A stretch of 64,000 nt of DNA. Source: Isurus oxyrinchus (Eukaryota). Location: NCBI GenBank assembly GCA_026770705.1, contig JANJGN010000152.1, positions 1-64,000 of the forward strand, in the 5' to 3' direction. Of the stretch, positions 12,198 through 25,129 are shown one piece after another; position 1 is the first letter of the stretch; each line of letters starts with the position of its first letter. Under the pieces are notes generated by a model. That model ran no database searches, was not told the origin of the DNA, and was given only the letters and a program-made list of their open reading frames with translations. The position numbers were made by a program, and so were the translations under genes.

Positions 12198-15100
12198 AGA
12201 ACTTACAGCTTCGATAAGCTTTCTTATGTGCTTTTGTGAATGGGAAGGGTTTCATCCTGGGTTCCTGAAAAGCAAAACAGACAGGTCTATTTACCGCAGT
12301 TTTATTGCTCTTTTTGTCCTTGTCTAAATTCACAGAGAGACAGTTTTGGGGGAAAAAATGTTTGTTCTTTCATGGGATATGGGCGTTACTGGCTAGGCCA
12401 GCATTTGTTGCCCATCCCCAAATTGCCCTTGTTCAGTGGACATTTTAGAGTTAACCACATTGCTGTGGGCCTGGAGCCACATGTAGGCCAGGCCAGGTAA
12501 GGAAGACAGATTTCCCTCCCTAAAGTACAACAGTGAACCAAATGGGTTTTTATAACAACCGTTTTATGGTCATCATTATACTTTTAAATTGAATTTAAAT
12601 TCCACTAAAGCGGGATTCGAACCGGAGCCCCCAAAGGGTTAGCCCGGATTCTTAAAGCACTATTGTAAGGATAATACCAGTACACCATCGTGTCCAAGCA
12701 AGCCAAGCTATTTCCATGCAGCTATTTGTAGCGTAACCAGTTCCGAACTTACTCGGAATATTGATTTGCCAACAGAGGTAATGAAATCTCTCAGAAGTGG
12801 AGTTCCTATAGCTGATAATTATGGGCTATTCTTACAGAACCGTTAACTCAGGTGGACCCAGGGTGGATAGGTGGTTGGGTGGACTGATCAGTTTATTCTA
12901 CCTTTTTCCACAAGCACTACATTTAGTTTTCCTTGTATATATCATTATATTAGTTTCATTTTTGTTTTGGCAGCTACTCCTTGTCACTGGGAAACAAATG
13001 CTGGTATTGGTTTATCGGGAACGCAAGGACATTCATTTTGCTTCACCATAACTCTACTTTCGCTGCAAATGAACTTACATTCTTGCACCGCCAATTCTCT
13101 AATTGCGCCCCCAGAGCATCTCTTCTCCATATTCAGTGATGAAAGATTTGAATGAAGATTTAAAGTATCTGTGGACCATGTGAAAGGCTCTACCACTCTT
13201 ACCGTTCACTCGGTTAAGTCTCAGTTGCTACGGTGTAGAACAGTGCAGTGAAACACATGGAGGTACGGAGGGGAGGAGACTGCGCTAGAACTCATTCGAC
13301 ATGGGGACTGGGGAGACAATCGGGACATGGGCTTAAGAAGCGGGAGTGATTCTGCAAAAAAAAACTGTTCATCATCCGAGCAACTGAATAAATATATTTT
13401 TTTTATTATTTCATAATAATACAGCATACAGATTAACGACCTCTATAAAAATAAATCACGCATGGAAAGGATCTTTCCTCTTGTGGGAAAAGCTAGAACT
13501 AGGGGTCACTGTTTAAAAATAAGGGGTCTCCTATTTAAATCAGAGATGAGAGGAAAATTTTCTCTCAGAAAGAGTAAGTGTTTGGAACCCCCTTCCTCAA
13601 AGGGCAGGGGAAACAGGGTCTTTGAATCTTTTCAAGGAGAGGGTGATCAATTTTTGATAAACAAGGGAGTGGAAGGTAACCGGGGTTAGGTGAGAGTTTA
13701 CAATCAAATCAGACATGACCTTATTGGACGGCGGGGTATTTGTATGCTCATATATATCTGGCATCCTGAAATTTGATTGACATCGTTCTTTGATGATTAA
13801 GGTGTTTGCAAGCATTACATTCTTCTGAAATGATCGATCACAACCTCATCAGTTACGGATTTATGAATTTATGAACAAGATGCCCCCCTATCTATGCAAA
13901 TGAACAGGTACTGTCCGAATGACGTGGGCACGTCAGAAAATTGAGTCAAATAGTCTAGGAATGAATATTAATTAGTAACGGTAGTATACGCAAAACATCG
14001 AAAAGATAGCACTTCCAGTAATAGTAAAACTAAAGCTACAAGAACCATAATCACGTGGCAGAATAGTGATCCAGCAATATCATTCAGCAATATTCGAGAA
14101 TAAATTGAGAGTCGTTGTTTTACAGGCAGGATCCCACTACATGGCGCTCCAGGACCTTATCTTTGCAGAAAACGTAGCAAGCCGTCAGTTCACGGCTCTG
14201 ACACGTGACAGTTGGGGAATACTGGAAATATTTTGGCGTTGTGAGATGTTACTGTAAACAATAGTGTATATAGGTTAAGAATCGATAGATGAATTACAGA
14301 AGATACTTAGAGGTTGAGGCCTATAAATCATTATATTTTTTGGTCCAATATAACTGCATAGTCCGAAGTAAAAGGTTATCGCATTGAGAGAGAGAGAGAG
14401 ATAGTGAGAAAAAGAGAGAGATAGAGCGAGACAGAGAGATAGAGGGCGGGACAGAGAGACAGAGACAAAGAGACAGAGAGAGAGATATAGGGAGGGAGAG
14501 ACCAGTTCATCTTTTCGTGACCGAATATTTTGGTCACTATTGGTCACAACTTCAAAATATCAGGAAAATACCGGAACATTCAAATCCCTTCACTCCACTA
14601 TAAGAGTCAGAGAGACAACCCTTTCTGGCAGAGAATCAAACATTCCCACTGCCCATTTTGTAAATAATATTACTAACATCAGAACAGCGGCTACACTGGA
14701 AAGGTACTTCGTCCGGTTGGGAAGTGCTTACTGACATCCTGCATCTGTAAGAGGCTATTTCTCTTTTCGTGTGATATTTGATTCCAGGGTTAAAATGTAA
14801 TGGCTCCCTGCTTCCAGGGGGCCAGTAAAGTTTATTTCTTTAAATTTCCTTCTCTTCATTTCAATCCTTTTTTATGGGTTATGCTGTTGAGGGGTCCCCA
14901 CGTCCTGGGATTACCAGGATTCTGTCTCCAGTCTGTTCACAGATTCTGTCCGCTCACGGGGCATGCGTAATCTGTCGGAAACAACAATCCGAGAATTTAC
15001 TGAGGAGACCCTGATGGAAACTGACTTCCCGTGCAGGAGGGCCTGTGATCGAGTCGCCGAGAGGTCACTGCACCCCATATGTTAGTCATCAGCCTGATCA

Positions 15101-18100
15101 CCACTATAAACGATTTGTATTCATTTCCTTGAAAGTGTGTATATAAACTATATACATTTGCAGAAAGGTGCACATGCATAACAATACAAAGGCCCTTCCG
15201 CCAACACTACTTGTCAGCCGAGGCTCAGTTACCCACCCTACCGCCTCTGGACAAGAAGCTTCAGGAGACATGTCCCCCAGAATCTATAACGACTCATCAC
15301 TTCAGTCCTCAGGGAAATATGCACAGTCAGAGGGGCCGGCTTTCGGATGAATAGACCACTATTTTGAAGCAGAGAAGGGAAATTGGCCTGGACAATATTT
15401 CTCCACCAATCACTGTCACTGAAATGGTCGTTGTTGTTGAAGGTCAGTCATCTCAGTTCAAGGACATCACTGCAAGAGTTCCTGTGTAGTGTCCTAGGCC
15501 CAAGCACCTTCAGCTGTTTCATCAGTGACCTTCCTTCCATCATAAAGCCAGAAGTGGGGATATTTTGCGGATAATTGCACAACGTTCAGCACCATTCGCG
15601 ACTCCTCAGATACTGAAGCAGCCCATGTCCAAATGCAGCAAGATCTAAAACTTGGGATGAGAAGGGGCAGATAACATTCAAGCAACACAAGTGCCAGGCA
15701 ATGAAAATCTTCAACAAGAGAGAATCTAACCATGGCCGTTTGACATTCAGTTGCACTACCATCACTAAATCCCCTGATATTCTTTGACTCCTTTGTCAGT
15801 CAATATCTATTTAACACAGCTTTACTAATATTCAATAACCCTGCCTCCACCACACTCTGGGGCAGAGGCTACCCAGACCCTTGAACTGCTGAGCGACAAA
15901 AATTCTCCTCAACTTAAATTGGAGATCCCTTATTTTTAAACTCTGTCCCCTAGTTCTAGTCTCCCTCAAAAGGGGGAACATATTTTCCACATCCACCCTG
16001 TGGATATAAGACATAGCGTGCTCGTCTGTGCGAAGCACATCATTATTCATGTTTACTAATGCATGCCCCTGGTTATATTGAACTAAACGCTGTCTCATTT
16101 ATTACTACAAACGGATGTGCCTTTGTTTAATTTACACACGATCATGCTTCCATTGTTATTGTCCTTGAGCACTGTTTTATTTACATAACGGAAGTCCCGG
16201 CCTCAATTATCAATGCAATGCACCGTGCCTTTGTTCATATTATATTACTTGCTGGCCCTAGTATTAATCAACTACACATTGCCTCCATCGCATTAAAGCA
16301 CATCTCCTCTTGTCAAATTAAACACTACCCCAGTGATTACGTCATGACACCTTTTATCTTTATTCATATTACATTTGAAACCGTTTTTCATTCTATCATA
16401 CCAGACCTTCCCTGTCGCTGCTCATATTACACTGGACCATGTTAACATACGCACTAGAAGCAGGAATAGGCCACTCGGCCCCTCGAGTTCGTTCCACCAT
16501 TCAATAAGGTCATGACTGATTTTATTGTAACCTCGGCCTGAGATTCCTGCCAATCCCCGATAACCTCTCGCCCCCAGAGCCACCGTGAAGTACTTTTCGG
16601 TTGGCCTGACGTCGCGAAAAGCGCAGTTTACACCCACACAGCATCGGGTGAAGCCAATCGACAACTGCATTTTGCCGGGTTTCTGAAAGAACTATTCAGT
16701 TAGCAGGAGAGGCGCCTCCAGTCGGCGAACTAGGTGATGGCCTCGGACTACAATGTCTGGAGGGACGAGTGGTAGGGAATAGGAGTGCGGGGGCAAAAAA
16801 AACTGCCAATTAAAAAATGAGCTGAAAGCCGGCCGTGATTGTATTGATGAGTAAATTGCAAATTTGTTTCGACTTTCCAACAGATGACGTTATGAAAGGA
16901 ATGGATTGAATCCATAACTCTAGCTGTATTTTCCTTTAGAATTAGTAGATAACTAGCAGTTCCTTACACTCCTCTGCTTTTTTCACCAAGTCCCCCTTTT
17001 CCAGCATTTATCCAATTCCCATTTGGAATTTATTGTTTAGTCTGGGTCCAGCTTCCTTTCGGACAGCACATTCGGGATCAAAACTCAAAAATGATTTCTC
17101 ATGTTATCAAATACTTTATTTTAAGTATCAGGGCTAAACTTAGAGATCGAGTCTCTGCAGTGTGGAGTTGGTGCTGAGAAAGAATGAATGAAAGAAGGAA
17201 AAACAATCAGGTATTTACAGAGCGTCCTTTCCGGCCTCCGGGAGCCCAAATGGCTTTACAGCCAATTAGAAATTTCCTGTTGCTTTGCAGGAAACGTGGC
17301 AGCAAAAGGTAGGCAGAGCAAGATTCCACAAAACGTAATGAGAAAAAACGAGCACAAAACTGTCTTCAGTGGTGTTAAATGAAGGATAAATAATGGCCAA
17401 GGTCACTGGGGAGAATTCTTTGCTGTTTTCTTAAATCTTTGAATAGAGACATTTCGCAATCCACCTGAGAGCGTAGCCAGAGTCCATCGTTCAGCGTCTC
17501 ATCCAGAAAGTCAGCATGTACAATCGCTCAGGATTCCTTCAGTGTAGATAACAGCAGACTGTTGGCGCTGCACTATGAGTTTTATATGCCTCCAATGTGG
17601 GAGCTTGAGCGGACAATTTATGGGTAAGGTGACAGAAAGCTCTATGCACTGAGACACTCTGGTGGAAGAGAAACACCATGAACGGGTTTTATTTTTTTTT
17701 CACCAGTTAAGGATGAAAACTTACCTGTCTGTCCGGGGTATTTTCCGGGCAGAGGCGGAGGAAAACAAGCACAGAATTCCCTGGGGGTTTCAGCGGGACC
17801 TTTGAATATGACAGTCTGCGCATACTCAGCCCAGTGATCGGCAGTTGGGAGCATTGCAGTCATCACCAAGGCGCCTGCGTGCTGGTGGTGGCTCACGAAC
17901 ACGACTACGGGACCCCGGCATGGGTATAGGTGGTGAGGAAAAAAGCCTGGTGGATATTAGCAAAAAATGGTAAAAAAAAACGGGCACTATGATGAGAGTC
18001 ACGTATTTGGGTGAATATTAGGACATTGCGGATACCCTGTTGTGCTGGAATGTCAATAAGAATATCGAATATGTTTCTGTGAAATGCAGTCGACTAGTTC

Positions 18101-19155
18101 TGTGTGACTTCCCGTCGGCCTTGCTTGTGTGCCGCACAGTCATCCATTTTTTGTGCGGCCAGACGCTATCGGGAATTTCCCGTTTCTTCCGTTATTGACA
18201 TTTCGAGGTCTGCCTGCAATATTGCACAGTCCCTTTCCCATCAACTCTGTCATGTCCTGGAGTCTTTACTCGCAGACTCTGTCACTGTTAATGATAATTC
18301 TGAATATTACAGAACTGGAAACCAATCCTCACTGAATGGAAACATCATTTTAAATGCAAAACAGAGAAGGGAAGCGTTTGTTTAAATGAGAGAGGGGGCT
18401 TGTTTTTCGCGTATGTTGTATATATCTGCCTGGATGTTGTCAATGGGCTGTATCATATTGCAAGCTGATCCTCAGAGGCTGGACTGAGGGAAGCAGCGGC
18501 GCCTCAGGCTCTCTCCTTCAGATCAGGTACTCAACCCAGATCCCGTCAACCCCTTCAGGGTGTTAATGAATTCCCGGCAGTATTGCAATGAGTGGAAGTA
18601 AGACCACACAGTAAATACACATGGAACCACCTCCCAGCTCCTTACTACAGCGTGAAGGAGGGCAGCAGCACCTACTGACAGAATCATGCCCATCTCACAC
18701 CGCCCTGTTCAACAGAGAAATGTGGAAGGGGATTTAACATCCAGCTCCAATGAAGCGAAAGATAGTCATAGGGTTCCTCATTCAGCCTGAGAGTTATTCA
18801 CGCAACACACAACCAGAGACCGTGGATCCTTGCGGCCCACCACTGATCTCGCGGATACTGCCCTCTGCAAATCAGCATTACCCCACATTAAGCAGGGCAT
18901 CCCAAACTGTGTGTCACGCGACACCCAGTGGGGTTACGAGGCCGAATTTGGGGGTCGTGAGTTCCGAAGCAGCAACAGACTGAGTGCAACAGCTCCGCCC
19001 CTTTGAACTCTCGTTTTATTTAAACGGCAGGCGTGGCCTAATTTTCGTGCCTAGAATCTTTCAGTCCAGCTCTGAGGTCCGGCCTCCCAGTGCAGTCCAG
19101 GGCTGCGGTCTCCAACTCCCCGTCATATAAACCCCCAGCTCCAGGCAGCAGAACG

Positions 19156-19659
19156 ATGGGAATCCACTTTGTTTTCACCCTGTGTGTCTGTTTACCTCGT
19201 GAGTACCGATCACACAAACAGACATTATGTGGATTTCATATAAGGCTGCCCGAGTCCATCCCAATTACAGACAGGGGGTTTAACCCGGTTCTGTGATTCG
19301 GCTCTGATGGTCCATGAAACTATCTCTGTTTAATTTCCAGGAGTTTTCAGTCAGCAGTGACACAAACCCCGGCAGCGGTGACCAGGAAGTAATGTCAGTC
19401 TCTCACCATTACCTGTGTTTTCCACGCTGGTTATTGGGATATTGTCCAAACGGTGCTTTTCATCAGACAAACCCAGACCGGAGCAGAGCGGGAGCGGATC
19501 TCCAGCGGGGGGACATTGTTTGTGTCAATGGATAAAACAGAAAAGACATTTTCGTTGGAAATTTGGGATGTGAGAGTTGAAGGCACTGCCACCTATTACT
19601 GTAAAGCTCAGTACTACGTTACACAGCGACTGGCCTCGGCTTCCCGGGATACAAACATT
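19156..19659 (+). pseudogene. NAR-TCR V (VNAR-like) pseudogene: leader 19156-19198, V 19341-19621, RSS 19622-19659
   Basis: TATAAA at 19126; leader MGIHFVFTLCVCLP; V reads AVTQTPAAVTRK*CQSLTITCVF...FIRQTQTGAERERISSGG...KTFSLEIWDVRVEGTATYYCKA, with short VNAR-type FR2/CDR2 and extra FR1 Cys; CACAGCG-22-ACAAACATT. Confidence 0.88.
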
Positions 19660-19862
19660 CTCATGCAGATTATCACAAAAACAAGTAAAAAAGCGGAGTT
19701 AATTCTGCCGTTAAACGCCCAGAGTTCAGCCTCATACCGTCTGTCCCCCAGTCTAGTTTGTAGTGAGATTGGATTATTACCGTTAACAACTTGAGTTTTA
19801 AAACTACGAAGCGTGTGCGGATGGTGAAGGCTTCCCCGGGGTTGGTGTCGGTGAAACAGTGG

Positions 19863-21940
19863 AACGTAGAAACATAGAAATAGGAGCTGGAGTAGGCCGT
19901 TCGGCCCTTCGATCTTGTTCCGCCATTCAATATTATCATGGTTGATCCTGGATCTAAACACCATACTCCCACTTAATGCCACTAATATCCAAAAATATGT
20001 CGATTTTTTTTCTTGAATATACTCAGTGACTCCATAGACTTCTTTGGTCGAGAATTCTACAGGTTGACCATCCTCAGAGTGAAGGAATCTTCCTCATTTC
20101 GGTCGCAAATGGCCTTCCCCGTATTCTGCTGTGGCCCCTGGTTCTAGACTCCCCAACCAAGGGAAACATCCTTCCTGCATCTAGTCTGTCTAGCGCTGTT
20201 AGAATTATATGTGTTTCAATCAGAACCCCTCTCATTCTTCTAAACTCTAGTGAATGCAGGCCCAGTTGAACCAATCTCTCCTCATACAACTGTCCTGCCA
20301 TCCCCAGTATCAACCTCGTGAACATTCGCTCCACTCCCTCTACGGCAAATATATCTTTTCTTGCGTAGAGAGACCAAATCTGCACGCAATGCTCCTGGTG
20401 TGTTCTCACCAAGGCCCTTTGCAACTGCAGTAAAACATCCCTACTTCTGAAATCAAATCCACTTTAAATGAAGGCCAACATATCATTTGCCTTCCCAATT
20501 GCTGCACCTGTCTGTTTAGTTTCATTGGCTGGTGTACAACGACACCCAGACTCCTTCGTACACCCATATTTCCCAATTTATCACCATTTATATAATGCTC
20601 TGACTTTCTGTTTTCACACCGAAGCGTATAACTTTATATTTATCCACGTTATACTGCACTTGCCATGTGATTGCCGACACAGAAAACTTGTCTAAATTGC
20701 CCTGAATCCCTCTTGCATGCTCCTCACATCTCACAGCCTCGTGCAGTTTTGTGTCGTCATCAAACTTGGAAATATTGCATTTGGTTTCCTCATCCAAATT
20801 ATCTATATATGTTGTGAATAACTGGGGCTCAAGCACTGATCGCTGCGGTACACCACTAGTCAAGGCCTGCCACCGGGATAAAGACCCATTATTCCCACTG
20901 TCTGTTTCTGGTCTGTCAACCAATTCTCAGTCCAAGCCAGTATATTACCTCCAATCTCATGTGCTTTACTTTTGTCCACTAGCCTCTTAGGTGGGACCTT
21001 ATTAAAATCTTCTTGAAATCCAAATACACCAGATCTAGTGGTTCTCCGTTATCTATCCTACTAAAAAACTCGAGTAGATTAGTTAAGCATGATTTCCCTT
21101 TCATAAACCGATGCTGACTTTGTCTAATCTCATTGATGCTTTCCAAGTGTTCAGTTATTTTATAACAGACACTAGCATTTTGCTCACAACTGATGTTAGG
21201 CTAACTGCTCTGTAATTATCTGTTTTTGCTCTCCTTCCTTTTTTTAAAATAATGGGGTTACATTTGCCACCCCCAATATGTAGGAACTGTTCCAGAGTCT
21301 ATAGATTTTTGGAAGGTGACCACCTATGCATCCAATATTTCCAGCGCCACCTCCTTTAGACATCTGGGATGTGGATTATCAGGCCCTGGGGATTTTCCAG
21401 ATTTTAACCCCATTAATTTCTCCACCACAATGTTTTTCACTAATGCTGATTTCCTTCAATTCCTCGCTCTCACTGGGCCCGTGGTTCCCTAACATTTCTG
21501 GGAAATTATTTGTGTTGCCTTTTCTGAAGGCAGAACCAAAATATCTCTTCAATTTTTTTGCCATTTCTTTGTTCCCAATTATCGTTTCCCCCGTTTGTGA
21601 GTGTTTGTTTACTAATCATTTTCTCTTCCGCATATTTATGGAGGCTTTTACTATCAATTTTTATGTTCCCTGCAAGTTTACTCTCGTACTACATTTTCCC
21701 CTTCTTGATCAGTCTTTTTTCCAGTTTTGCTGAATTCTAAACTACTTCCAACCCTCAGGATTGAAGCTTTTTCTGGAGATTTTTTATGTCTACTCGTTAG
21801 ATCTAATACTATCCCTAATTTCTTTTGTAATCCATGGTTGAACCATCTTTCCCATATTATTTTTGCGCCAGACGGGAATGAATAATTTTTGTAATTCATG
21901 CATACGTTCCTTAAATATTAACCATTGCCGATCCACTTTA
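19863..21940 (-). mobile_element. CR1-type LINE, 5'-truncated and decayed
   Basis: RT fragments SGVPQRSVLEPQLF...KFDDDTKL and LVRTHQEHCVQIWS; short-repeat 3' tail. Confidence 0.9.
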
Positions 21941-22193
21941 ATTTTAATTTCCACCATTCAGTTATCTTTCTTTGATATTTTTCTCGGTTTATATGAAGCG
22001 AATATCTCATTCCCAGGACCATTTACGCAGAGCTGAGGGCCTCAGAAAGAATAGTTTGAACAGATAGAGACTTTGAAACATTGAATATTGATTATTCATT
22101 TAAACCTGCTTTATAATTGTCTACTGCCTGATGATGATTTCCCGGCAGTTGAGTTGTCAATGGTTCTTGAACTGGGAGAGTGAGAGTGGTGTG

Positions 22194-22238
22194 CGAATTA
22201 TGTAGATGGATCCAGGATGGTGGTGACTGGCACAGCCG
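22194..22238 (+). pseudogene. Degenerate NAR-TCR J segment (NYVDGSRMVVTGTA)
   Basis: Resembles xxGSGTVVTVTA; donor mutated to ATAAGT; nonamer-like GGTTCTTGA at 22162; lies between NAR V and supporting V. Confidence 0.6.
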
Positions 22239-23634
22239 ATAAGTGACTCTGAAGCCCGCATGTTGCAGACTGTGCTGGATATTGTTCACAGTCAGCTTCT
22301 TGTGATCAACATCGTTTCAATCACATCGAAACTAAAAAAACGATTTCTAAGGGACCTTTTCCATTGCAGGCTTCGATTTAGGAATAGGGTATGATCGGAC
22401 AGTCGGGTCATTTACCCGCCATTTGTTTCAATTGTCTTCATATACCCAATCATTTCCTCCTTTTCCATCCTCAGATCGAAATGTGAAAGTTTGGAACTGC
22501 AGACATTTCTCTTTATTGAATGTCGATGTTTGAGAGATGGGATTGCTGTAATTTCTCTGTATCCCTGATTACTGTGAATTAAAAACGCAAAGTGCAGTGA
22601 GAGAGTGAGGATGATGCATTAATCTTATAAAGGAGAACAGGGACATAAGGAAAAAATTATAAACTGAGAGAATGTTCATTTAGAACCAGCAAGAAATAAT
22701 TCATCGAATGGGAGAGAAGGATTGGATGATCTCTGGGCTGTTCAAAGTACAATCCGAGCAAAGGGTGGTGGGCAATGTTTATGGAGAGAAGGACTCCAGT
22801 TTGGAATGCTGTGTAAAGTCTGGTATCTAACTTAGGGAAGGTTGTACATGCTTTGGAACAAATGTTCATCAGACTGATTCCTGAAGTAAAGGGATTGTCC
22901 TATGGGAAGGGATTGAGTAGACTGGACCTGTGTTCCCTGGAGTTTACAGTAATGAGGGCGATCTCATGAGAACACATGATACCTTTAAGAAGCTTGCGAG
23001 GGAAGGTTCTGGTGGGAGTTTCCTCAGGTTGGAAAGTCTATAACTGGGAGCCATAGTTTCAGCATAAGGGGTCGGCCATTAGAATGGGGAAGAGAGAAGT
23101 TTCAATCAATGCTGATTAATCACAATCACTTTCATTTCGATCATGCTTTGCACAGTGATGCTGATGCTGATTGTCCCATACAATCATTTTTTGGAAACTG
23201 ATTGCCATACTGATAATAAATGTTCCATCGGGGTGTCACTCACCAAGGAAAATAGAAGCAGAAATGTAATATACAACATAGAACCATGCCAAGAGGTAGA
23301 ATGACATTCGGCCCATCGTGGAGGTGCTATCACTTTCAAAGTGCAATCCAATTTTTACCATTTTTCCTGTTGTAGTATAGGTACATCAGCCATTTGAAAG
23401 TTCCCACTGAGTCTGTTCGCACCACCCATTCTGACCGCGCAGTGCAGATTGGAAAAATTCTCGATGCAAAAGAAAATTATCATCTCTGCACTTAATCACA
23501 TCTCAACGACGGTGAATACGGTTGGAACAGGCTTGCTTCAAGTTTAGAAAAACGAACGTTTCATGTCATTGACAAATTCTCCCAGGTAAACCATGGCTAA
23601 ACAAACAATTAATGTTCGTTTTTTTATTCTCCAG

Positions 23635-23723
23635 ATTCCAGTTCCCTGGTGTCTTAGTGCCCGCCTCTACAAACATCTGCTGTCGGTGACACCATTACTT
23701 GAAGCTGTGAATGTTCAGGGTTA
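23635..23723 (+). pseudogene. Leaderless NAR-TCR-supporting Vdelta, 5' fragment
   Basis: Acceptor TTTTATTCTCCAG|; DSSSLVS*CPPLQTSAVGDTIT*SCECSG; no leader exon seen; cut off by a tandem repeat and an assembly gap. Confidence 0.7.
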
Positions 23724-23727
23724 GATC

Positions 23728-23909
23728 ACGGAGAGAGCTGTTCAGAAACCTGAACATGGTGGGATTACAGACACATAGTGATACAGAGCACGGAGAGAGC
23801 TGTACAAAAACCTGAACATGGTGGGATTACAGACACATAGAGATACAAAGCGCGGAAAGAGCTCTATGGAAACGTGAACAAAGTGGGGATTCCAGATGCA
23901 GTGATACAG
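23728..23909 (+). repeat. ~61-bp tandem repeat (3 copies) running into an assembly gap
   Basis: CACGGAGAGAGCTG...AAACCTGAACATGGTGGGATTACAGACACATAG.GATACA repeated. Confidence 0.9.
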
Positions 23910-25129
23910 NNNNNNNNNNNNNNNNNNNNNNNNNNNNNNNNNNNNNNNNNNNNNNNNNNNNNNNNNNNNNNNNNNNNNNNNNNNNNNNNNNNNNNNNNNN
24001 NNNNNNNNNNNNNNNNNNNNNNNNNNNNNNNNNNNNNNNNNNNNNNNNNNNNNNNNNNNNNNNNNNNNNNNNNNNNNNNNNNNNNNNNNNNNNNNNNNNN
24101 NNNNNNNNNNNNNNNNNNNNNNNNNNNNNNNNNNNNNNNNNNNNNNNNNNNNNNNNNNNNNNNNNNNNNNNNNNNNNNNNNNNNNNNNNNNNNNNNNNNN
24201 NNNNNNNNNNNNNNNNNNNNNNNNNNNNNNNNNNNNNNNNNNNNNNNNNNNNNNNNNNNNNNNNNNNNNNNNNNNNNNNNNNNNNNNNNNNNNNNNNNNN
24301 NNNNNNNNNNNNNNNNNNNNTATGATAAAATAGCAGATAGAAAACGTTTTTGCCATTTAAGGACTCTTCGTTCCGGAGACAAAGGAGCAGGAAAAACAGA
24401 TTGATAGATTTTATATGATGATTGACATAGCTTCAGATATAAATGCACATGCTGACACTGACTGGGATAAAAAGCTTGTCAGAGAAGCAATTAGAATTAT
24501 AGATTGATGAATAGAAGAGAGTCGTATCAATGTTGGAATGGGCAAACAGAGCGAAAATTAAAAATGAATGAAACAATCAAATAACAATGTTGGTTGACAG
24601 CCAAAAGTGAAAACTCCATCGATATATTGGCCACATTATTTGCGCTCTGGGACCCTGCGCTTTATTTGGAGCCTCCTGTCAGTCGAGGCTTTCGGAATCA
24701 AGGTGGGGGGCAGGGGTGGGAGAGGAGGGAGGAGAATATTGAGTGGTCTTCGCCAGCATATCGGCCCCCATTGCTTCCTGCATCTATCCAAAAGCCTATG
24801 ATCATTGCCGCAGTTTGTGACAATCAGCACTGCCTGCGGTCCCGCAAGCAGTCTCCCTGAACTCTTCTGTTGTGCCCCTGATACCTGGACTTGAGAATGT
24901 GTGAGGGTTCTGTGTATTCTTGCCGGTCACTGTCTATTTCTCTCTCCCNNNNNNNNNNNNNNNNNNNNNNNNNNNNNNNNNNNNNNNNNNNNNNNNNNNN
25001 NNNNNNNNNNNNNNNNNNNNNNNNNNNNNNNNNNNNNNNNNNNNNNNNNNNNNNNNNNNNNNNNNNNNNNNNNNNNNNNNNNNATGCGTTTGCTCGCAAA
25101 AAATAAATATTTCGTGTTTAGAAAATATA

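Noticed and set aside
14040-14745. Minus-strand TM-like (AAVLMLVILFTK) and C-domain-like (KIFPVFPNC) stretches suggesting a TCR constant region
   Set aside because: Order is wrong (TM before C), stops are present and core C1-set motifs are missing
19341-19621. Calling the VNAR-like V an IgNAR gene
   Set aside because: No three-D array or IgNAR C exons; FR1 Cys, leader type and the downstream leaderless Vdelta fit NAR-TCR
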